From assembly GCA_030390025.1 (NCBI GenBank), contig JASTWF010000354.1:1-64000 (forward strand): DNA of 64,000 nucleotides. Reading direction: 5' to 3'. Numbering within the stretch: the first letter of the stretch is position 1; every line of letters starts with the position of its first letter. The stretch is from Squalus acanthias. Taxonomy: Eukaryota. Positions 54,932 to 64,000 of the stretch are shown piece by piece. Under the pieces are notes generated by a model. The model had not been told where the DNA came from and made no database searches. It saw nothing but the letters and a program-made list of their open reading frames with translations. The translations under genes were made by a program, and so were the position numbers.

Positions 54932-54989
54932 GCCTCCTGTACAATGCACACATCCTCCTGTACAATGCACACCGCCTCCTGTACAATGC

Positions 54990-57900
54990 ACACAGCCTCC
55001 TATACAATACACACAGCCCCCTATACAATGCACATAGCCTCCTATAAAATGCACACATCCCCTATACAATGCACACAGCCTCCTATACAATGCACACATC
55101 CTCCTATAGAATGCACACATCCCCCTATACAATGCACACAGCCTCCTATACAATGCACACAGCCTCCTACACAATGCACACAGCCTCCTATACAATGCAC
55201 ACCGCCCCCTATGCAATGCACACAGCCATTCTATACAATGCACACATCCCCCTATACAATGCACACAGCCCCTATACAATGCACCCATCCCTCTATACAA
55301 TGCCCACATCCCCTATACAATGCATGCATCCCCCTATACAATGCACTCACCCCCTAGACAATGCACACAGCCTCCTATACAATGCACACGTCCCTCTATA
55401 CAATGCACACATCCTCCTATACAATGCACACATCCTTCTATACAATGCACACATCCCCTATACAATGCACACATCCTCCTATACAATGCACACATTCCCC
55501 TATAGAATGCACAAATCCTCCTTTACAATGACATTAACCCTCTTATACAATGCAGACAGACTCCAATACAATGCACACATCCTCCTATACAATGCACACA
55601 TCCCCCTATACAATGCACATTTCCTCCAATACAATGCACACATCCTCCTATACAATGCACACATCCCCCTATACAATGCACATTTCCTCCAATACAATGC
55701 ACACAGCCTCCTAAACAATGCACACATCTTCCTATACAATGCACTCATCCCTTATACAATGCACATATCCTCCTATACAATGCACATAGCTCACTTTACA
55801 ATGCAAACTTCCCCCTAAACAATGCACACATCCCCTATACAATGCACACATCCTCCTATACAATTCACACATCCCGTATACAAGGCACATATCCTTCTAT
55901 ACAACGCACACATTCTCCTATACAATGCACACATCCTCCTATACAATGCACACATCCTCCTATATAATGCATAGAGCCACTATACAATGCACACATCCTC
56001 CTATACAATACACACATCCTCCTATACAATGCACACATCCTCCTATACAATGCATACAGCCGCTATACAATGCACACAGCCCCCTATATAATGCCTACAT
56101 CCTCCTATACAATGCACACTGCCTCCTATTCAATGCACACACACTCCTATGCAATGCACACAGCACCCTATAGAATGCACATCTCCCATTACAATGCACA
56201 CAGCATTCTATACAATGCACACATCCCATGTACAATACACACAGCCTCCTGCAGAATGCACACAGCCCCCTATACAATGCATACATCCCCCTATGAAATA
56301 CACACAGCTGTTCTATACAATGCACACATCCCCCTATACAATGCACACATCCCCCTATACAATGCACACATCCCCATATACAATGCACACATTCTCCTAT
56401 GCAATGCACAAAGCCTCCTATACAATGCACACAGCCTCCTATACAATACACACAGCCCCCTATACAATGCACATAGCCTCCTATAAAATGCACACATCCC
56501 CTATACAATGCACACAGCCTCCTATACAATGCACACATCCTCCTATAGAATGCACACATCCCCCTATACAATGCACACAACCTCCTATACAATGCACACG
56601 TCCTCCTATACAATGCACAAAGCCTCCTATACAATGCACACAGCCTCCTATACAATGCACACAGCCTCCTACACAATGCACACAGCCTCCTATACAATGC
56701 ACACCGCCCCCTATGCAATGCACACAGCCATTCTATACAATGCACACATCCCCCTATACAATGCACACATCCCCTATACAATGCACCCATCCCTCTATAC
56801 AATGCCCACATCCCCTATACAATGCATGCATCCCCCTATACAATGCACTCACCCCCTAGACAATGCACACAGCCTCCTATACAATGCACACGTCCCCCTA
56901 TACAATGCACACATCCTCCTATACAATGCACACATCCTTCTATACAATGCACACATCCCCTATACAATGCACACATCCTCCTATACAATGCACACATTCC
57001 CCTATAGAATGCACAAATCCTCCTTTACAATGACATTAACCCTCTTATACAATGCAGACAGACTCCAATACAATGCACACATCCTCCTATACAATGCACA
57101 CATCCCCCTATACAATGCACATTTCCTCCAATACAATGCACACATCCTCCTATACAATGCACACATCCCCCTATACAATGCACATTTCCTCCAATACAAT
57201 GCACACAGCCTCCTAAACAATGCACACATCTTCCTATACAATGCACTCATCCCTTATACAATGCACATATCCTCCTATACAATGCACATAGCTCACTTTA
57301 CAATGCAAACTTCCCCCTAAACAATGCACACATCCCCTATACAATGCACACATCCTCCTATACAATTCACACATCCCGTATACAAGGCACATATCCTTCT
57401 ATACAACGCACACATTCTCCTATACAATGCACACATCCTCCTATACAATGCACACATCCTCCTATATAATGCATAGATGCACTATACAATGCACACATCC
57501 TCCTATACAATACACACATCCTCCTATACAATGCACACATCCTCCTATACAATGCATACAGCCGCTATACAATGCACACAGCCCCCTATATAATGCCTAC
57601 ATCCTCCTATACAATGCACACTGCCTCCTATTCAATGCACACACACTCCTATGCAATGCACACAGCACCCTATAGAATGCACATCTCCCATTACAATGCA
57701 CACAGCATTCTATACAATGCACACATCCCCATGTACAATACACACAGCCTCCTGCAGAATGCACACAGCCCCCTATACAATGCATACATCCCCCTATGAA
57801 ATACACACAGCTGTTCTATACAATGCACACATCCCCCTATACAATGCACACATCCCCCTATACAATGCACACATCCCCATATACAATGCACACATTCTCC

Positions 57901-60900
57901 TATGCAATGCACACAAGTCTCCTATACAATGCAAACATCCTCCTATACAATGCACACATCCTTCTATACAATGCACACAGCCTCCTATACAATGCACACA
58001 GCCCCCTATACAAAGCACACATCCCCCTATACAATGCACACGTCCCCCTATACAATGCACACAGCCTCCTATACAATGCACACAGCCCCCTATACAATGA
58101 ACACAGCCCCCTATACAAAGCACACATCCTCCTATACAATGCACAGAGCCTACTATACAATGCACACAGCCCCCTATACAATGCACACATCCTCCTATAC
58201 AATGCACACATCCCCCATACAATGCACACATCCTCCTATACAATGCACACATCCTCCTATACAATGCACATAGCCTCCTATACAACACACCCATCCCCCT
58301 ATACAATGCACACAACCTCATATACAATGCACACATCCTCCTGTACAATGCACACATCCTCCTATACAATGCACACATCCTCCTACACAATGCACACAGC
58401 CTCCTATACAATGCACACATCCCCCTATACATTGCACACAGCCTCCTATGCAATGCACACAGCCCCCCATGCAATGCACACAGCCCTTCTATAAAATGCA
58501 CACATCCCCTATACAATGTTCACCGCCCCCTATACAATGCACACATCCTCCTATACAATGCACTCACCACCTATACAATGCACACAGATCCTATACAATG
58601 CACACATCCCCTATACAATACGCAGAGCCTCCTGTACAATGCACAAAGCCTCCTATGCAATGCACACAGCCTCCTATTCAATGCACACATCCCCCTATAC
58701 AATGCACACATCCTCCTATACAATGCACACATCCCCTATACAATGCACACATCCTCCTATACAATGCAATTAACCCTCTTATTCAATACATACAGCCCCC
58801 GAAACAAGGCACACATCATCCTTTGCAATGCAAACATCCCCTATACAATGCACACAACCTCCTATACAATGCACCCCCTATACAATGCACACATTCCCCA
58901 ATAGAATGCACAAATCCTCCTATACCATGACATTAACCCTCTTATACAATGCACACAGCCCCCTTTACAATTGAGACAGCCTCCAATACAATGCACACAT
59001 CCTCCTATACAATGCACACATCCTCCTATAAAATGCACACATCCCCTATACAATACACATTTCCTCCAATACAATGTACACAGCCTGCTAAACAATGCAC
59101 ACATCATCCTATACAATGCACACATCCCGTATACAATGCAAACATCCTCCTATACAATGCACACATCCGCTATGCAAGACACACATCCTCCTATACAACG
59201 CACACATCCTCCTATACAATGCACACATCCTCCTATACAATGCACACATTCCCCTATAGAATGCACAAATCCTCCTTTACAATGACATTAACCCTCTTAT
59301 ACAATGCAGACAGACGCCAATACAATGCACACATCCTCCTATACAATGCACACCTCCCCCTATACAATGCACATCTCCCATTACAATGCACACAGCATTC
59401 TATACAATGCACACATCCCCATGTACAATACACACAGCCTCCTGCAGAATGCACACAGCCCCCTATACAATGCATACATCCCCCTATGAAATACACACAG
59501 CTGTTCTATACAATGCACACATCCCCCTATACAATGCACACATCCCCTATACAATGCACACATCCCCATATACAACGCACACATTCTCCTATGCAATGCA
59601 CACAAGTCTCCTATACAATGCAAACATCCTCCTATACAATGCACGCATCCTTCTATTCAATGCACACAGCCTCCTATACAATGCACACAGCCCCCTATAC
59701 AAAGCACACATCCCCCTATACAATGCACACATCCCCTATACAAAGCACACATCCTCCTATACAATGCACAGAGCCTACTATACAATGCACACAGCCCCCT
59801 ATACAATGCACACATCCTCCTATACAATGCACACATCCCCCATACAATGCACACATCCTCCTATGCAATGCACACATCCTCCTATACAATGCACATAGCC
59901 TCCTATACAACACACCCATCCCCCTATACAATGCACACAACCTCATATACAATGCACACATCCTCCTGTACAATGCACACATCCTCCTATACAATGCACA
60001 CATCCTCCTACACAATGCACACAGCCTCCTATACAATGCACACATCCCCCTATACATTGCACACAGCCTCCTATGCAATGCACACAGCCCCCATGCAATG
60101 CACACAGCCCTTCTATAAAATGCACACATCCCCTATACAATGTTCACCGCCCCCTATACAATGCACACATCCTCCTATACAATGCACTCACCACCTATAC
60201 AATGCACACAGATCCTATACAATGCACACATCCCCTATACAATACGCAGAGCCTCCTGTACAATGCACAAAGCCTCCTATGCAATGCACACAGCCTCCTA
60301 TTCAATGCACACATCCCCCTATACAATGCACACATCCTCCTATACAATGCACACATCCCCTATACAATGCACACATCCTCCTATACAATGCCATTAACCC
60401 TCTTATTCAATACATACAGCCCCCGAAACAAGGCACACATCATCCTTTGCAATGCAAACATCCCCTATACAATGCACACAACCTCCTATACAATGCACCC
60501 CCCTATACAATGCACACATTCCCCAATAGAATGCACAAATCCTCCTATACAATGACATTAACCCTCTTATACAATGCACACAGCCCCCTTTACAATGCAG
60601 ACAGCCTCCAATACAATGCACACATCCTCCTATACAATGCACACATCCTCCTATACAATGCACACATCCCCTATACAATACACATTTCCTCCAATACAAT
60701 GTACACAGCCTGCTAAACAATGCACACATCATCCTATACAATGCACACATCCCGTATACAATGCAAATATCCTCCTATACAATGCACACATCCGCTATGC
60801 AAGACACACATCCTCCTATACAACGCACACATCCTCCTATACAATGCACACATCCTCCTATACAATGCACACATTCCCCTATAGAATGCACAAATCCTCC

Positions 60901-63300
60901 TTTACAATGACATTAACCCTCTTATACAATGCAGACAGACGCCAATACAATGCACACATCCTCCTATACAATGCACACCTCCCCCTATACAATGCACATT
61001 TCCTCCAATACAATGCACACAGCCTCCTAAACAATGCACACATCTTCCTATACAATGCACACATACCTTATACAATGCACATATCCTCCTATACAATGCA
61101 CATAGCTCACTTTACAATGCAAACTTCCCCCTAAACAATGCACACATCCCCTATACAATGCACACATCCTCCTATACAATTCACACATCCCGTATACAAG
61201 GCACATATCCTTCCATACAACGCACACATTCTCCTATACAATGCACACATCCTCCTATACAATGCACACATCCTCCTATACAATGCACAGAGCCACTATA
61301 CAATGCACACATCCTCCTATACAATACACACATCCTCCTATACAATGCACACATCCTCCTATACAATGCATACAGCCGCTATACAACGCACACAGCCCCC
61401 TATATAATGCCGACATCCTCCTATACAATGCACACTGCCTCCTATTCAATGCACACACACTCCTATGCAATGCACACAGCAGCCTATAGAATGCTCATCT
61501 CCCATTACAATGCACACAGCATTCTATACAATGCTCACATCCCCATGTACAATACACACAGCCTCCTGTAGAATGCACACAACCCCCTATACAATGCATA
61601 CATCCCCCTGTGAAATACACACATCCGTTCTATAAAATGCACACATCCCCCTATACAATGCACACATCCCCCTATACAATGCACACATCCCCATATACAA
61701 TGCACGCATTCTCCTATACAATGCACACAAGTCTCCTATATAATGCAAACATCCTCCTATACAATGCACACATCCCCCTATACAATGCACACAGCCTCCT
61801 ATACAATGCACACAGCCCCCTATACAAACACACATCCTCCTATACAATGCACACATCCTCCTATACAATGCATACAACCGCTATACAATGCCAACATCCT
61901 CCTATACACTGCACATTCCTCCTATACAATGCACACAGCCCCCTATAAAATGCACAGATCTCCCATTACAATGCACACAGCCTTCTATACAGTGCACACA
62001 CACCCCCTCTACAGTACACACAGCCCCCTATACATTGCACACATCCCCCGATGAAATACACACAGCCCTTCTATACAATGCACACAGCCCATCTATACAA
62101 TGCACACATCCCCCTATACAATGCACACAGCCTCCTATACAATGCACACATCCCCCTATATAATGCACACATCCTCCTATACAATGCACAGGGCCTACTA
62201 TACAATGCACACAGCCCCCTATACAATGCACACACCCCCCTATATAATGCACATATCCTCCTATACAAAGCACAGAGCCTACTATACAATGCACACAGCC
62301 CCCTATACAATGCACACAGCCTCCTATACAATGTACACATCTCCTATACAATGCACATAGCCTCCTATACAACGCACACATCCCCCTATACAATGCACAC
62401 AACCTCATATACAATGCACACATCCTCCTGTACAATGCACACATCCTCCTATACAATGCACACATCCTTTTACACAATGCACACAGCCTCCTATACAATG
62501 CACACATCCCCCTATACAATGCACACATCCCCCTATACAATGCACACATCCCCCTATACAATGCACACTGCCTCCTATACAATGCACATAGCCCTCTATG
62601 CAATGCACACAGCCCTTCTATACAATGCACACATCCCCTATGCAATGCTCACGGCCCCCTATACAATGCATCCATCCCCCTATACAATGCACGCATCCCC
62701 CTATACAATGCACTCACCACCTATACAATGCACACAGCCTCCTATACAATGCACACATCCCCCTATACAATACACAGAGCCTCCTGTACAATGCACAAAG
62801 CCTCCTATACAATCCACACAGCCTCCTATTCAATGCACACATCCCCCTATACAATGCACACATCCTCCTATACAATGCAGACATCCCCTATACAATGCAC
62901 ACATCCTCCTATACAATGCCATTAACCCTCTTATTCAATACATACAGCCCCTGAAACAAGGCACACATCATCCTTTGCAATGCAAACATCCCCTATACAA
63001 TGCACACAACCTCCTATACAATGCACCCCCTATACAATGCACACATTCCCCAATAGAATGCTCAAATCCTCCTATACAATGACATTAACCCTCTTATACA
63101 ATGCACACAGCCCCCTTTACAATGGGCACAGCCTCCTTTACAATGCAGACAGCCTCCAATACAATGCACACATCCTCCTATACAATGCACACATCCCCCT
63201 ATACAATACACATTTCCTCCAATACAATGTACACAGCCTCCTAAACAATGCACACATCATCCTATACAATGCAAACATCCCGTATACAATGCAAACATCC
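54990..63300. repeat. Higher-order satellite blocks of ~1.5-1.6 kb related to the 43-51 kb blocks but LINE-free
   Basis: Offsets of 1502 (55320/56822) and 1624 (58516/60140); shared markers ATAGCTCACTTTACAATGCAAACTT and GAAATACACACAGCTGTTCTAT. Confidence 0.82.
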
Positions 63301-64000
63301 TCCTATACAATGCACACATCCGCAATGCAAGGCACACATCCTCCTATGCAACGCACACATCCTCCTATACAATGCTCACATCCTCCTATACAATACACAC
63401 ATCCTCCTATACAATGCACACATCCTCCTATACAATGCACACATGCTCCTACACACTGCACAGATCCTCCTACACAATGCACACAGCCCCCTATACAATG
63501 CACACATCTCCCATTACAATGCACACAGCCTTCTATACAATGTACACATCCCCCTGTACAATACACACAGCCCCCTATACATTGCACACACACCCCGATG
63601 AAATACACACAGCCGTTCTATACAATGCACACAGCCCTCGAATACAATGCACAGATCCCCCTATACAATGCACACAGCCCCCATACAATCAACAAATCCT
63701 CCTATACAATGCACACAGCCCCCTATACAATGCACACAGCCTCCTATACAATGCACAAATCCCCTATACAATGCACACATCCTCCTATACAATCCACACA
63801 TCCTCCTATACAATCCACACATCCCCCTATACAATGCACACAGCCTCCTGTACAATACACACAGCCTCCTATTCAATGCACTCATCCCCTATGCAATGCA
63901 CACAGCCTCTTAAACAATACAAACAGCCTCCTATACAATGCACACAACCCTCTATGCCATGCACACATCCCCCTATCCAATGCACACATCCCCCTATACA

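Larger units (their letters stand above)
12006..64000. repeat. Satellite/minisatellite array, 20/21-bp unit CTATACAATGCACACA[T/G]CC[T/C]C, interrupted by six CR1 copies, continues off the right edge
   Basis: Unit read directly; same orientation throughout; about 43 kb after subtracting the LINE inserts. Confidence 0.99.

Noticed and set aside
12006..64000. Hundreds of ORFs (IQCTHPP, YTMHTSS, LYNAHIL, and CxxC-like GGCVHCI repeats)
   Set aside because: Translations of the 20/21-bp monomer with constant frame switching; no coding constraint visible.
12006..64000. CRISPR-like appearance of conserved core plus variable linker
   Set aside because: Linkers are only a few bases and related to each other, there are no unique spacers or cas genes, and the context is eukaryotic.

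Overview
Eukaryotic, repeat-dominated DNA; the CR1/L2 3' ends suggest a cartilaginous fish (inference). No host protein-coding gene is evident. Layout: (i) 1-6845, a 29/32-bp C/A-rich minisatellite with higher-order repeats; (ii) 6846-12005, an island with an L2 3' fragment, a complete 4.14-kb PIF/Harbinger DNA transposon (TAA TSD, imperfect TIRs, intact DDE transposase, convergent 3-exon Myb/SANT gene) and a CTCF-like site; (iii) 12006-64000, a 20/21-bp satellite (CTATACAATGCACACA[T/G]CC[T/C]C, roughly 2,000 units) in nested higher-order repeats, carrying six CR1 LINE copies from three independent insertions of two families. Most notable: the long CR1 has an intact ORF2 with no AUG before its endonuclease domain, overlapping ORF1 in the -1 frame at a U-UUA-AAC slippery heptamer; independent CR1 insertions hit the same position in the satellite monomer; and two separate ~3.7-kb LINE+satellite units were tandemly amplified. 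Nearly all ORF-track calls are repeat artefacts.
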